This document shows, piece by piece, positions 9,542-20,403 of a DNA stretch of 64,000 nt. Origin of the DNA: Betaproteobacteria bacterium (GTDB taxonomy: Bacteria; Pseudomonadota; Gammaproteobacteria; Burkholderiales; Usitatibacteraceae); assembly GCA_031376425.1 (NCBI GenBank), contig JANMDR010000280.1, positions 1,926-65,925 of the forward strand. Reading direction: 5' to 3'. Numbering within the stretch: the stretch's first letter is position 1; every line of letters starts with the position of its first letter. Both the position numbers and the translations under genes were made by a program. The notes under the pieces are model-generated. The model made no database searches and was not told where the DNA came from. It was given only the letters and a program-made list of their open reading frames with translations.

Positions 9542-10735
9542 TTAAAGCGGTAAAGGCCGCGCATGTTCAAACACATCCAAGGCCGCATCACAGTTTTTAC
9601 TAAAACCAATAACCTTGAAAAACTCCCCCATTTCAGCCGGTGACACTAGTCGTTGAATCTCCGAACTGTGCTTAAGCATGCCTAGATTGTCATCATTTTG
9701 CGGTGTTATCTCAAGTAGACCGGCCTGAATTAAAAATTGTGCTTGCGTGGTGTAGCCACAAAGCGTTAAGCCCGCAGCAGTGCCCACATGGGCAACAGCA
9801 GAAAAATCTACGTGCGCGGTGATATCTTGCAGTCCCGGCAAATAGAATGGATCGGTGTGGGCGAAATGACGGTAGTGGCACATCAAGGTGCCGGTGCTGC
9901 GGCTTGGGTGATAATATTCAGCCGCGCGAAAACCATAGTCGATCAGCAATATAGCACCGCTCGATAAGCTTGCAGCGAGTGCGCCAATCCATGATTGCGC
10001 CTGTACACAAACTTCCGTTTCGTAGCATGAGGACTGCGGTTGTGTCAGGTAACGTTGTTTAATGGTAATCGCAGTATTGAAGATGTTTTCGTGGGTGGCG
10101 GCATCTAAGTCACACCATGCAAAACCATCAGGGGAATTTTCAACGCCACGCACCACAGTTTCAACGTCATTAAAACGAACAATGTGTACCGGTAAAACAT
10201 CCAGAACTTCATTGGCAATAATAGCGCCTGAAAAATTTTCAGGCAGGGTGTTTAGCCACTCTAGGCGTTCTGCTAAATGGGCTGGAAGTGCTTGTAACCG
10301 CTGCCTTTGCCGCTGTGCTAGGTCGGCACTTACTTCCAGCAAGTAATATTTCTCTGGTAAGCAGTTAAGCTTATCAAGCGCTAATAAAATATCCCACGCT
10401 AATTTGCCAGAACCTGGACCGAGTTCTAACACTGATCCTTTGGTTTGGGTGATGGTGGTGGCGATGGCGCGCGCCATGCATTGCCCAAATAGTGCAGATA
10501 TTTCTGGTGCTGTAACAAAATCGCCATCAGCGCCAAATTTCTTTGCGCCAGCAGAGTAGTAACCCAAACCCGGTGCATAAAGCACTAAATTCATATAGTC
10601 CGAAAATGAAATTTTGCCGCCCGCAGCAAAAATTGCCTCACGTATGTGCTTAGCGCAAGCAACGGAGTGCGCTAGCGCCTCGGCATCGGGCAAGGGCATT
10701 TGCGGAGTTTGGTTCTTACTTAAAGGTGTTTTCAT
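9542..10735 (-). CDS. class I SAM-dependent methyltransferase, MidA/NDUFAF7 (DUF185) family
   Basis: 397-aa ORF with SAM motif LELGPGSGKLA. Overall layout is typical of the DUF185 family. Confidence 0.7.
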   Translation of the reverse strand: MKTPLSKNQTPQMPLPDAEALAHSVACAKHIREAIFAAGGKISFSDYMNLVLYAPGLGYYSAGAKKFGADGDFVTAPEISALFGQCMARAIATTITQTKGSVLELGPGSGKLAWDILLALDKLNCLPEKYYLLEVSADLAQRQRQRLQALPAHLAERLEWLNTLPENFSGAIIANEVLDVLPVHIVRFNDVETVVRGVENSPDGFAWCDLDAATHENIFNTAITIKQRYLTQPQSSCYETEVCVQAQSWIGALAASLSSGAILLIDYGFRAAEYYHPSRSTGTLMCHYRHFAHTDPFYLPGLQDITAHVDFSAVAHVGTAAGLTLCGYTTQAQFLIQAGLLEITPQNDDNLGMLKHSSEIQRLVSPAEMGEFFKVIGFSKNCDAALDVFEHARPLPL

Positions 10736-10808
10736 ATAATTTATTTGTTAACTGGAATGCTAAACTTAGTCTCTATTCCTATTGTCGAACTCATAAGCAA
10801 ATTATCCC

Positions 10809-11600
10809 ATGCCCTCAAGCGTCATTAATAATAAAAATAAGCTTACCGCGCAGCCAATTCCTACAATTTTAATTACTGGTGCCGCCAAACGGGTGGGCGC
10901 TGAAATTAGCCGTGCCTTGCATAAACAGGGTGCAAGAGTCATCGTGCATTGCCATCATTCCCGCGCAGAGGCCGATGCCTTGGCCCTGCAGCTCAATGCC
11001 TTACGGGCTGAATCTTGTGCCATTGTTCAGGGTGATTTGCTGGATATTGAAGGGCTGAGCGGCTTGGTGGATGAAGCACATGCGGCCTTTGGTGTACTCA
11101 CCGGCTTAGTTAATAATGCTTCGGCGTTTTACCCTACACCAGTTGGCGAAATTACCCTAAGGCACTGGGATGAGTTGTTAGGGTCCAACTTAAAAGCGCC
11201 ACTTTTTTTATCCCAAGCCATGGCACCCTATTTGTCGCAAACACAGGGTGCCATCGTTAATATTGTCGATATTCACGCGGAGCGGCCGCTAAAAGATTTT
11301 GTGGTATATACCGCTGCCAAGGCAGGATTGGCAGGGCTTACGCGGGCACTAGCTGTTGAGTTGGGGCCGCGTATCCGTGTGAATGGTGTATCACCAGGCG
11401 CTATTTTGTGGCCAGAGCCAGGGCACTCCGGTGATACTTACACGCCCGCTGAACGGGCTAGAATCTTAGCGCAAATTCCATTGAGCCGCGTGGGAGAGCC
11501 TAGCGATATTGCTGAAGCCGTGTGCTATTTTATGTTACATGCGCCTTATATTACTGGACAAATCTTGGCTGTGGATGGCGGACGCAGCAATGCGCTTTAG
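10809..11600 (+). CDS. short-chain dehydrogenase/reductase, pteridine reductase (FolM/PTR1-like)
   Basis: 263-aa ORF with TGAAKRVG cofactor motif and YTAAK catalytic motif. The HCHHSRAEA segment is typical of pteridine reductase-type SDRs. Confidence 0.65.
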   Translation: MPSSVINNKNKLTAQPIPTILITGAAKRVGAEISRALHKQGARVIVHCHHSRAEADALALQLNALRAESCAIVQGDLLDIEGLSGLVDEAHAAFGVLTGLVNNASAFYPTPVGEITLRHWDELLGSNLKAPLFLSQAMAPYLSQTQGAIVNIVDIHAERPLKDFVVYTAAKAGLAGLTRALAVELGPRIRVNGVSPGAILWPEPGHSGDTYTPAERARILAQIPLSRVGEPSDIAEAVCYFMLHAPYITGQILAVDGGRSNAL

Positions 11601-11631
11601 CGCTAATTCTTAAATTAATCAGCGGTCAGTT

Positions 11632-12990
11632 ATGCTTAGAGTTCGATTCATTTTGAGTACAGCTATGGCATTAGTTCTCAACGGGTGTGGGAACCTCACC
11701 CCCCCTGCAATAAACATTCCTGCAGTAAATTTGAATGACGATAAATTGCTAAATATTGATGCGGCTATTAATGGCTATATTTCCCGTAAACAGATGCCTG
11801 GTGCGGTATTTTTGGTGCATCAAGAATCTAGCCAGCGTCCGATTGAATATCTAACACATAAACGTGCATACGGTGCCTTGCAATATGCTGTAGATGCCCA
11901 AAAAACAACCATCTCTACTGTATTTGATGCCGCTTCTTTAACCAAGCCAGTGGCCACAGCGCCATCGGTGTTGCGTTTAGCCGAAATGGGCAAGCTTGAG
12001 TTAGATGCCCCTGTTGCTAAATACCTGCCCAATTGTTTTGGTAGCGAAAACAGGGCTGGCGTACAGGCAATAACAATTCGTCATTTGCTTACGCACACTT
12101 CCAGTTTGCCTGCTGGGCTAGCGTCCAGTCTGGATTATTCCGGTGACGCGCGTAAAAAAGTGTTGATGCACGCTTGCGCTCAAGCACCCACGCACGCGGT
12201 AGGTAAATTTTTTCGCTACTCGGATATTAATTTTATTTTACTAGGCTTCATCGTTGAAGCGGTGAGTGGAGTGCGGCTCGATCAGTTTGCCGATGAGCAC
12301 ATTTTTACGCCACTGAAAATGCAGCAAACGCGATTTACGCCACTGTTGAGTACGTCATCTGGTAAAGCACCCATTACTAAAAATTTGATCGCGCCTACGC
12401 AAATGGGCGGCACCAAACCGTTGGATTCCATAACCCGCTTGCATCTGGATCTTGCCAAGGGCGAAATATTGCAAGGGGTTGTGCATGATCCCACTTCCCG
12501 ACTAATGGGCGGTGTAGCGGGGCATGCGGGTCTATTCACCACTGTGGATGATCTGAGTCGTTATGCGCGTATGTTGCTTAACGGTGGCACGCTTGATGGC
12601 GTACAGGTGCTGACCCGAGAGAGCGTGGTGTTGATGCAGCAAGCGCAGACTGAATCAAGTGTAATGTCTATTAGTGAACCGATAGTAAGCAATATTGAGC
12701 GCACGGCAGGATGGGATATGAATTCCCCATTTTCGCGTCCACGCGGCACGGTAACGGCAGATGGCAAATCGTTGGGACTATCTTTTTCGAGCTTTGGCCA
12801 TACTGGGTTTACGGGGTGTGTGTTGTGGATTGATCCCGCACGCAATGGGTTCTATGTGTTGCTGTCAAATCGGGTATACCCGAATGATGCTGCGAAGATA
12901 CTTGATTTGTATATTGAGTTGGGCGACTTAGTCACGCCGCTTCTAGATGGCTCGTCTTTAGAGATAGATCGAAAAAAACCTCTAAAGTAG
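11632..12990 (+). CDS. serine hydrolase / beta-lactamase-family lipoprotein
   Basis: 452-aa ORF with lipobox-like LNGC, S-x-x-K motif SLTK and Y-x-N motif YSDIN. Confidence 0.75.
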   Translation: MLRVRFILSTAMALVLNGCGNLTPPAINIPAVNLNDDKLLNIDAAINGYISRKQMPGAVFLVHQESSQRPIEYLTHKRAYGALQYAVDAQKTTISTVFDAASLTKPVATAPSVLRLAEMGKLELDAPVAKYLPNCFGSENRAGVQAITIRHLLTHTSSLPAGLASSLDYSGDARKKVLMHACAQAPTHAVGKFFRYSDINFILLGFIVEAVSGVRLDQFADEHIFTPLKMQQTRFTPLLSTSSGKAPITKNLIAPTQMGGTKPLDSITRLHLDLAKGEILQGVVHDPTSRLMGGVAGHAGLFTTVDDLSRYARMLLNGGTLDGVQVLTRESVVLMQQAQTESSVMSISEPIVSNIERTAGWDMNSPFSRPRGTVTADGKSLGLSFSSFGHTGFTGCVLWIDPARNGFYVLLSNRVYPNDAAKILDLYIELGDLVTPLLDGSSLEIDRKKPLK

Positions 12991-13019
12991 GGCGCCTTGG
13001 TGCCAGCAATGCGCAGCAG

Positions 13020-13985
13020 TTATCGGCAATTTGAATCAGGCTTATTCCCGCGCGTAATGGCGATATTGGCAAAATAAACTGTATCGGGTTTGTGTTGATT
13101 GAGCGCCGCGTTGTGTTTGCGGTAAATACCCCACTTGGGTCGCATATGGTTGGCACCGGTACGCCACAGTGCTAGGCCGCGCTTCTCAATCGTTAGGACT
13201 ACTTCATTTTTTTGGTTTCGCAACGTTAGCGCGTAGTGTCCTTGCGAATTTGAGAATGTAATTTCTTCTTTGGCTTCTATCCATTGGCCTTGCACGGCGG
13301 CAAGCGGAACGTTACCAAGCGTTATCGATTGCGCCGCATCTTTTTGGTTGTCGCCCACATAGCGTACTTCCATTTTTCCGTTCGCCAAAGGTGTGAAGGT
13401 GATGAGCGGCGGATCAGAAAATTTGCCACCATGCGCCTTTATTTGATGAATGTGCGTAAAACTCGATGAAAACTTCATTTCTGGCGCAATACGAAACTGC
13501 CACGCGTAACTAAAGGTCTCGCCTTCTTTCGCTTTAAAAGTATCATGTGCAGTACCGACGCTTGGCGCAATTTTGATCTCGGTACGGGAACGGTCACCAC
13601 CGTTGGCAAGCGTCACCATATCTTGATTAACATCGGTTGGTTCGATGGCGATCATCGCAAAATGCTCACCGACAATGCCGTCACCCGCTACTTCAAAAAC
13701 ATGTGGTCGTATTGGTGTGTAAACGCTATCGCTGGGTGATTCAACAGCACCCACGCCCATGAATTGCTCTATATGGGCGTAGGTCGTGGTGGACGATGCC
13801 ATATTTTTTATAGCTCTTGCATTTACGCAAAGCGTATTGCCAACAATACCTGAAAAATTAAGCGGTGCGTTATCGGCTATAGCCATTGACGCACCAGTTG
13901 TAGCTTCTACCGAATTAACTGTAGTGGTGCAAGCTCCACACAGCAGTGTGCATGCGATGGTTAAATTTAGTGATGATTTTTGCAT
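13020..13985 (-). CDS. secreted polysaccharide lyase-like protein (beta-jelly-roll lyase-like; family not assignable by eye)
   Basis: 321-aa ORF with an N-terminal hydrophobic/Cys-containing leader. RTEIK...HIHQIK...KWGIYR pattern resembles RSEL/QIH/Y motifs of jelly-roll uronate lyases. Sits next to TBDR and kdu genes. Confidence 0.45.
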   Translation of the reverse strand: MQKSSLNLTIACTLLCGACTTTVNSVEATTGASMAIADNAPLNFSGIVGNTLCVNARAIKNMASSTTTYAHIEQFMGVGAVESPSDSVYTPIRPHVFEVAGDGIVGEHFAMIAIEPTDVNQDMVTLANGGDRSRTEIKIAPSVGTAHDTFKAKEGETFSYAWQFRIAPEMKFSSSFTHIHQIKAHGGKFSDPPLITFTPLANGKMEVRYVGDNQKDAAQSITLGNVPLAAVQGQWIEAKEEITFSNSQGHYALTLRNQKNEVVLTIEKRGLALWRTGANHMRPKWGIYRKHNAALNQHKPDTVYFANIAITRGNKPDSNCR

Positions 13986-14015
13986 GCTGGCGTCAGTAAT
14001 GTCAGTATAAATATG

Positions 14016-14048
14016 CTTGGAGGAGCCCTATTTTAGGGCTCCTCCAAG
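14016..14048. repeat. REP-like palindromic hairpin, copy c (CTTGGAGGAGCCCTA ttt TAGGGCTCCTCCAAG)
   Basis: Perfect 15-bp stem with a 3-nt loop, between the TBDR 3' end and the lyase-like gene start. Outer arms match copies a and b; the inner part matches the hairpin at 46860. Confidence 0.7.
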
Positions 14049-14225
14049 GCATTAATGTAGCTTAAAAATTACAATTAAAGCGAATGCCGTTGTATCTAAA
14101 TGTATTGCGCAAGGGCGTCCTCGATCAAACTCGATAACCCGTTATGCGTTGTATATAGTCAAAATACAAGCAAAAAAATCAGCGACCATCGGGAGTGCAA
14201 ACCAAATGGTTGTTCGTTCATGCCG

Positions 14226-16897
14226 CTAAAACTTAACCCGCAGTCCGAGCGAGTAACGGCGTTCTGAAAGCGCATAGCTGTTGAGTGCTGTTTTATTAAA
14301 GTTGCTGATTTCCACTGTCGCCGAATCTTTTGGAATCAAATTCTGCGCTTGGAAGGAAAGAGCAAAGCTCTTGTTGAGATCAAACCCAAATTGCGCATCA
14401 AGCTGAGACCGTGCGGCAATCACATCTGGTCGTCCTTGTGTGAATTCAAACACCGCATCATCACGCCAGTTGTAGGCGAGGCGTGCTGAAAATGCTCCTC
14501 TTTCGTAAAGGCCGACCAGATTGTAGCTGTGCTTAGAAGTTGCTACTAAAGGGAAGCCATTGCTGTCTTTGCTATCCGCATACGTGTAGTTTGCAATGAT
14601 GCCTAAGCCGTCCAGTGGGGCTGGTAGGAAATCGAAGAACTGCTGGACTCCCACTTCAATGCCGCGAACCTTGGCAGAGGCAATGTTAAACGGTCGTGAA
14701 GTTCTGAACACCCCTGAGGATTCAAAACCAGCGATAGTTTCTTCAATGGTCCCGTTGGCGATGAAATCCTTTACCTTTTTATGAAAGAGGGCGCCGGAAA
14801 CTAGCGAGCTCTTGCCGGTGTAGTATTCAAATGACGCGTCCAAGTTGGTCGAAATCGGCGGTGTTAGTTGCGCGTTGCCGCCCCTGAGGTCAGATTTGTC
14901 TGGTTGATAAATGTGCTGGGCGCTAGGTCCGCCAAACCGGCGCGCTGTAAAGTTCGCGAGGCTGAAAATCTAACTAGAAACTTGTCGGTTGCTTCAATAA
15001 CCAAATTCGCACTCGGCAGAATATTCTTGTAAGAATTTTTGTCAGTTGTCGGCGTCGGAATGAGCACGTTGGCATTGTTAATTCTGCGTGTGATGAGCGC
15101 GATCGTGTCGGCTGAAAAATCAGTGTTGGAGAAACGAACGCCTACGTTGAGTTTTGCTGGTCGGCCAAAGATGTCGTTTTCACCTTGCGCCATCAAATAT
15201 CCACCAACCGTTTTCTCGGTAATCTTGTAATCGCGCGCATCATTGCGAAGGTAACCGTTTGGCGTATCAATCCCCGGCTCAGTTGCCAACACTCGTGGAA
15301 TTAAAAAACCGGTATTGGGATAGAACGACGCAAACTCGCGGGGAAAATTACCAGATATGCCGCTCAAAAAATTTGGGTCGCCCGGTACCGCGAACGGTGC
15401 TAGTTCAGCGGCCGTGGCGAGGCCGCGGCTTCGGTACGCTTCAGAAATTGCGCGTAGATCAACATAGCGCAGACCTGAGCTAATTTTAATGGTGTCGTTG
15501 ACTCTATAGCTAAGGTCAAATTTTCCGGTACGTTCCTCCAGTGCTGCAGGTAAAAGGTTGGCGCGTAGGGTGAGGGTACCGGTAGTTGGAAAAAGGTAGT
15601 TGCTCGAAATATTGGGATTAAATACGGTACCGACTGGCCTTTGAAATGTCAGGCTTGGAATTGGGCCATTGCGAAAATCATAATTGCCAACTACATTGGC
15701 GGCAGTGTCGTTTACGATCACTTCGATTTTTTGTTTGAGTGTACCTTTACTGTAGTAGGCGTCGCCTTCGACGGTAAGGTCGTTGTTGTGATACTTTCCA
15801 TTCAGGCCGTAAAGGTAACTCGCTGTTGGATCTTCACGACGTTGATTCTGGACTCGAACGGAACCTGTTGATTCTCCTGCGACAAGATAGCCATTTTCAT
15901 TAACTGCATTGCGCACGATTAGCGCAGTGGGGCTTGTTGGTAGATTAAACGTGATTGCCTGATTTGTTCGGTCTGCTTCCACGCGCGAGTAGAGGCCATC
16001 AAGGGTAAGTACAAAATCCTTGCTGAGTCTCGCTTGAACCGCACCATTCACACCAACTCGTGACCGGTCAATATCAACATTTTCATATTGGAGTAACAAC
16101 GGTGCCAAAACATTGGTAGTGCCACCGTTTAATCGGTCGAGCCAGTTATTGCGCTCAAATAGCTGCAGCTTGGAGGTACGCTTTTGATATTCGCCCGAAA
16201 GTAACACACCGATATTGCCGTCGGCAAATTTCGTGGCGTATAGACCCGATACCGTGGGCTCAAATTTTTTGGAGGCATCAGAGTAAGTATCCTGCGCACG
16301 TAAAAATGTAGTTGTTTTTTTGAAGTCAAATGGCTTTGGCGTGACCAAATTAATCGTACCACCGAGCCCGCCTTCGGCTTGATCGGCCAGTGGCGATTTG
16401 CGAACTTCGAGTCTGCTGAAAACCGAGGATGGAACGGCATCAAGTCCTGACGAGCGTCCGAGATTGTCATTTTCTGGCGGCGAAACCCGCGCGGAGAAAC
16501 CTAGAAGCGTGCGCCCATCCACCTCAACCCGCACCTGCTGCAAACCGCGAATGTTTACCGCTTGGCCTTCGCCAAACACTCGCGTGATTTGAACACCAGT
16601 TACACGCTGCAGGGCTTCGGCCACATTGGCGTCAGGTAGTTTCCCAACGTCTTCAGAGGTTATTACATCAACTATTTGCGAAGATTCTTTTTTGATCTCC
16701 GCTGCCTTTTGCAAAGCGCCACGAATGCCGGTAACTACTATTGTTTCAACCGCTTCCCCTGCTGGTTTCGCTGGCTTCACCGGCTCGGTTTGCTGCGCGT
16801 ATGCGGAAGGCATGCAACCAAGCATGGCGAGCGCGACAGCCGCAGTCAATATGCTTATTTTGCCGGGTTGTGACGATACATTTAAATTAACGGACAT
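14226..16897 (-). pseudogene. TonB-dependent outer-membrane receptor, reading frame interrupted (apparent -1 nt in a G4/C4 run)
   Basis: ORFs 14864..17002 and 14226..14843 are two parts of one TBDR. Signal peptide starts at ATG 16897, preceded by GAGGAG. Plug motifs are IVVTGIRGALQ and VDVITSEDVGKLPD, and the C-terminal barrel ends ...YSLGLRVKF. The frame switches at 14881-14884: ...NQTNLTSG continues in the other frame as GGNAQLTPPISTNLDASFEYY. Confidence 0.8.
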
Positions 16898-17049
16898 TTT
16901 TAACTCCTCGAAGTGTACGGTGAATGTTGCTGCTTCTGCGCGTTCGGTGGCTTTCCCTATTTGCGCTTTGTGAAACCTGTGGTAAAAACGACGAGCGGAC
17001 ACTCTTTTATCCCTACTCCAACGTCCGCGAACTCTCTAATAGAACAAAT

Positions 17050-19026
17050 CTAGCGGTACTTCATCACCCACTGGATAACTAAAGGCTGCGCCATTTTGAA
17101 AGCAGCGGTTGAGCAGTAAACATGGGTTTTCATGGCACCGCTGTTTGATTTATAGCCATCGTCGGCTTGCGTTTTATTGCTTGAGCAGCCGCTTAGCCCG
17201 CTCACTTCGAAGGCGTATACGTCGCCCTGTTGGAAATTTATCGTCGTACCATTAGTAGTGGCATCAGCAGAAAATGATGCGAAATTTAAAGCGATTTCTT
17301 TTACGTCAAGTGCTCCTGCTGGCGTGTATTTATCGGTGCGCGTAATCACGCCAGGGGCAAAGGTATATTGTGTTTCTAGGGATAGACGAGCGTCTTTTAT
17401 CGGGCTGTTTTTGCCTAGCTGTGTGAGCGCATCTTGCTGATATGTCACCTTCACAACGTCGCCAGTGTGCGTGCTTTGAATATTCTTGATGAATGCGGTA
17501 CCAATTAAGCTGGTGCCGTCGGCGAGGGTAAATTTAGGCAACAGTTGCGGGTTTGCGTAACCGCTATCGGCAATGCCTGCAATCATTAAATTTGCATGGG
17601 GCAGCGGGTAATAAGGGCTGTTGGCGTGCTGTGTGGAACCACCATTTATCATCAGCAAACTAAACACTTTTTGATTGTCGCGGACGATGGCCAGCGCACG
17701 GTCATACTCGCTCTGCGCAAAGCGCGTGAAGCTAAATGTGGGCTGTGTTTTTGCGAGCCATTCTTTGAAATCCGCTTTTGGAGTAATGTCTTTAAAACCC
17801 GCTTTATTCCAAATGGCATTGGTGTAGATTAACTGATGCAACAGCGAAAAGTTTTCACCCAAAATACGGTGTTTGCCACGGTAGGCATCGGTTCTGCGGC
17901 CTTTAGCCCACAGGTCAACAGACTTAGTCGCTGGGTCATACCAAAAATCAACATATTTGGCGGCGATGAGCGACGAGAACACATAGGCATACTGTTTTTC
18001 TTCGGGCGTCAAAACATCTAAGTAGGCGGCGACCGATAGAATTTCGAGGACTGATGTGTCGCCGTACGGGCCGATACTGCGGCCAAAACTAAAGCCATCG
18101 CCAGCGGTGTTGCCAATGTTGAGTGTAACCGTAGCGGCTTTGCGGAGGAGCGCCTTTAGTTCAGGCGTGACGGGCAGGCCGGTTTCAACGAAGCGCTGGC
18201 AAATTTCTGCGATCAACAAAATACTGTAACGGTCAAAGCGGCCTTCGCCATCGGTTTCGTCAGAAAAACCAAATTTGCCAGAGTACTTTTCGTAGTGCTT
18301 GAGCGTTTTATCAAGTAGCGTATTACTGCCCGATTCGTCCTCCCAGCCCATCAACATACGCAGGCGCGCAATGCTAAATGCGACGCCATAATAATTGGAC
18401 GGCAGATTGATTAGGGTGTAATCGGTAGTGTTTACAAACTTGCGCCAGTCTAGTTTTTGCTTCAGTGCGGCTAATGTTGCTGGGGTGAAGGCTTGGTCTA
18501 GCAACCCTGCATTTTTAAGTTTATATAAAGTGGAAAGGTAGTAATACATTCCCCATGTATCGTTATCGATATTGATGGTTAAGTCAGCAATATCACGGTA
18601 CTGGCTTAGTCGCGCTTTGAAATTGGGGTCTGAGGGTGCGGTGTTTAATACAACGTAGCCCAAGCCTAAAGCAATTTTACCGGGCAAAAACTTATCGTTG
18701 CCCTTAAAGGCGGGATAGCCATCGACGGTCACTAACGCTTTTTCGGCGTTGAGCTTGTCAAAGAAATATTCAAGCTGTGGAAATAGCTCGTCTTGCACAA
18801 TCTTATTCATTGGCGTGCCGGCCAACGGTGGCGAATAAGCAGTGGTGGCGAAACCGCGCGTGGCTGGCGAGAGGGCTGTAGTTGTTTTTACGGGAGCCGT
18901 TGCTGTTGGCGCGGCAGAAGTAGATCGCACTGTGTCGGGCGGTACAACCACCGTACAGGCTTGAAGTGTGCAGGCTGCAATTGCCAGCAGAGCAGTTTGT
19001 GCAAAATTAAGCGAAGTGGCGCGCAT
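17050..19026 (-). CDS. lipoprotein of unrecognised family; candidate poly/oligo-uronate-degrading enzyme by context only
   Basis: 658-aa ORF with signal plus lipobox LQAC and a Thr/Ala/Pro-rich linker. Directly upstream of the TBDR in the same orientation. Confidence 0.4.
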   Translation of the reverse strand: MRATSLNFAQTALLAIAACTLQACTVVVPPDTVRSTSAAPTATAPVKTTTALSPATRGFATTAYSPPLAGTPMNKIVQDELFPQLEYFFDKLNAEKALVTVDGYPAFKGNDKFLPGKIALGLGYVVLNTAPSDPNFKARLSQYRDIADLTINIDNDTWGMYYYLSTLYKLKNAGLLDQAFTPATLAALKQKLDWRKFVNTTDYTLINLPSNYYGVAFSIARLRMLMGWEDESGSNTLLDKTLKHYEKYSGKFGFSDETDGEGRFDRYSILLIAEICQRFVETGLPVTPELKALLRKAATVTLNIGNTAGDGFSFGRSIGPYGDTSVLEILSVAAYLDVLTPEEKQYAYVFSSLIAAKYVDFWYDPATKSVDLWAKGRRTDAYRGKHRILGENFSLLHQLIYTNAIWNKAGFKDITPKADFKEWLAKTQPTFSFTRFAQSEYDRALAIVRDNQKVFSLLMINGGSTQHANSPYYPLPHANLMIAGIADSGYANPQLLPKFTLADGTSLIGTAFIKNIQSTHTGDVVKVTYQQDALTQLGKNSPIKDARLSLETQYTFAPGVITRTDKYTPAGALDVKEIALNFASFSADATTNGTTINFQQGDVYAFEVSGLSGCSSNKTQADDGYKSNSGAMKTHVYCSTAAFKMAQPLVIQWVMKYR

Positions 19027-19159
19027 TAAAAAACCTTTGAAATAGTTCTGAGTTGAGTTCCAAAATCCTGCAGGGTTGTTTCAAAAAGATGCGAATACTG
19101 TTGCTTCAATGTTGCTGTAGTGCCGCCGTAGTGCGGTTTAGCTCAAAAATGACCACAAA

Positions 19160-19174
19160 TGGTAACCGGTGTCA
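19160..19174. promoter_or_regulatory. candidate LacI-family operator TGGTAACCGGTGTCA (site 1)
   Basis: 15-nt motif identical to the one at 22041..22055, with an imperfect dyad around ACCGGT. Lies about 135 nt upstream of the lipoprotein/TBDR transcription unit. Confidence 0.55.
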
Positions 19175-19298
19175 TAATATTATTTGCGCAATCACTTTGC
19201 TTGTCAAGAAGTTCTAATGCGGTGGAATTTAAACTGTTGTTTTTGCGTTGCAACGCGGCGGTGGAGGCGTCAGTCTTGCTTGGTGTAGTTATCTGCTG

Positions 19299-20336
19299 CT
19301 AGCGACGCACATCAAAACCGCCTGCTTTAAATGCAACAATATCGGCTTGCCTAAATAGGCTGGCATCACCAGGTAGAGCGTGTTTTAAACAAGTAAGAGC
19401 AAGGCCGGTTTGCGCCATGGCGGCAATACTGTCGCCAGATAAATAAGCGTGTAGCGCACCAGCTGCAAAAGCATCACCCGCACCAATACGGTCAACTATC
19501 CCCGCTACCGTAACTTCCTCAGTTTGGGCGGAATCAGTTGGGGTATCTACGCGGGCGGAAAGGTGGTGGCAATCAGCGTCTTGCACGCGCCTTTCTGTGG
19601 ACGCTATAAATTTCAAATCGGGAAACGCTGCAAATGCAGCGTCAGCCGCATCACGACGACGGCTTTCCCCGTCGTTAGAAAATTGCCTATCTAATATCAA
19701 CGCAATATCTTGATGATTACCAAAGAAAATATCCGCGTAGCTTAGTAGCTTCGTGAGTATCGCTTTTGGATCGCTATCCCAACTTTGCCAAAGCATCGCC
19801 CGATAGTTACCGTCAAACGAAACCGGGATATTTAAGCGCTTTGCTGCTGCTGCCGCGGCAAAGACGTGTTCGGTCGTCGCCATGCCAAGTGCCGGAGTAA
19901 TACCCGACAGATGTAGTCGTGTTGCTCCAGCCAATAAGGTGTTCCAATCGTAGGCGTCTGGTTTCGCCAGTGCAAAGCTGGAATGCGCACGATCGTAAAT
20001 AATTTCGGACGCGCGCAAACTTGCGCCTGGCGTTAGAAAATATAAACCCATACGTCCTGCGCTAAGTTGTACCCGCGTGCAGTCAACTCCATTTGCTCGT
20101 ACTGCCGCAATAGCGCCGCGCCCAAGCCCGTTGTCGGGCACAGTGCTAATCATGGCGGTGTGGTGGCCTAAATTTGCTAAGCCAATGGCAACGTTGGCTT
20201 CGGCGCCGCCAACATGCAGGTTAAGCCGTGGTGACTGCATTAGTAATTCACGGTCAGGTGCCGCCAAACGAATCAGCATCTCGCCAAAAAAAACGATGCG
20301 GGCTGACGAAGAGCTTGGATTTGCTTGGCTTTGCAT
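19299..20336 (-). CDS. kdgK: 2-dehydro-3-deoxygluconokinase (PfkB family)
   Basis: 345-aa ORF with PfkB motifs (GGAEANVAIGLANLG near the N-terminus, GAGDAFAAG near the C-terminus). Adjacent to kduD and kduI. Confidence 0.8.
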   Translation of the reverse strand: MQSQANPSSSSARIVFFGEMLIRLAAPDRELLMQSPRLNLHVGGAEANVAIGLANLGHHTAMISTVPDNGLGRGAIAAVRANGVDCTRVQLSAGRMGLYFLTPGASLRASEIIYDRAHSSFALAKPDAYDWNTLLAGATRLHLSGITPALGMATTEHVFAAAAAAKRLNIPVSFDGNYRAMLWQSWDSDPKAILTKLLSYADIFFGNHQDIALILDRQFSNDGESRRRDAADAAFAAFPDLKFIASTERRVQDADCHHLSARVDTPTDSAQTEEVTVAGIVDRIGAGDAFAAGALHAYLSGDSIAAMAQTGLALTCLKHALPGDASLFRQADIVAFKAGGFDVRR

Positions 20337-20403
20337 GTGCGACCTTCAGTAAATCAAGTTTTTGTGGGATTCTGAATGGACTAGCGTTGGTATAGAATCG
20401 TTG

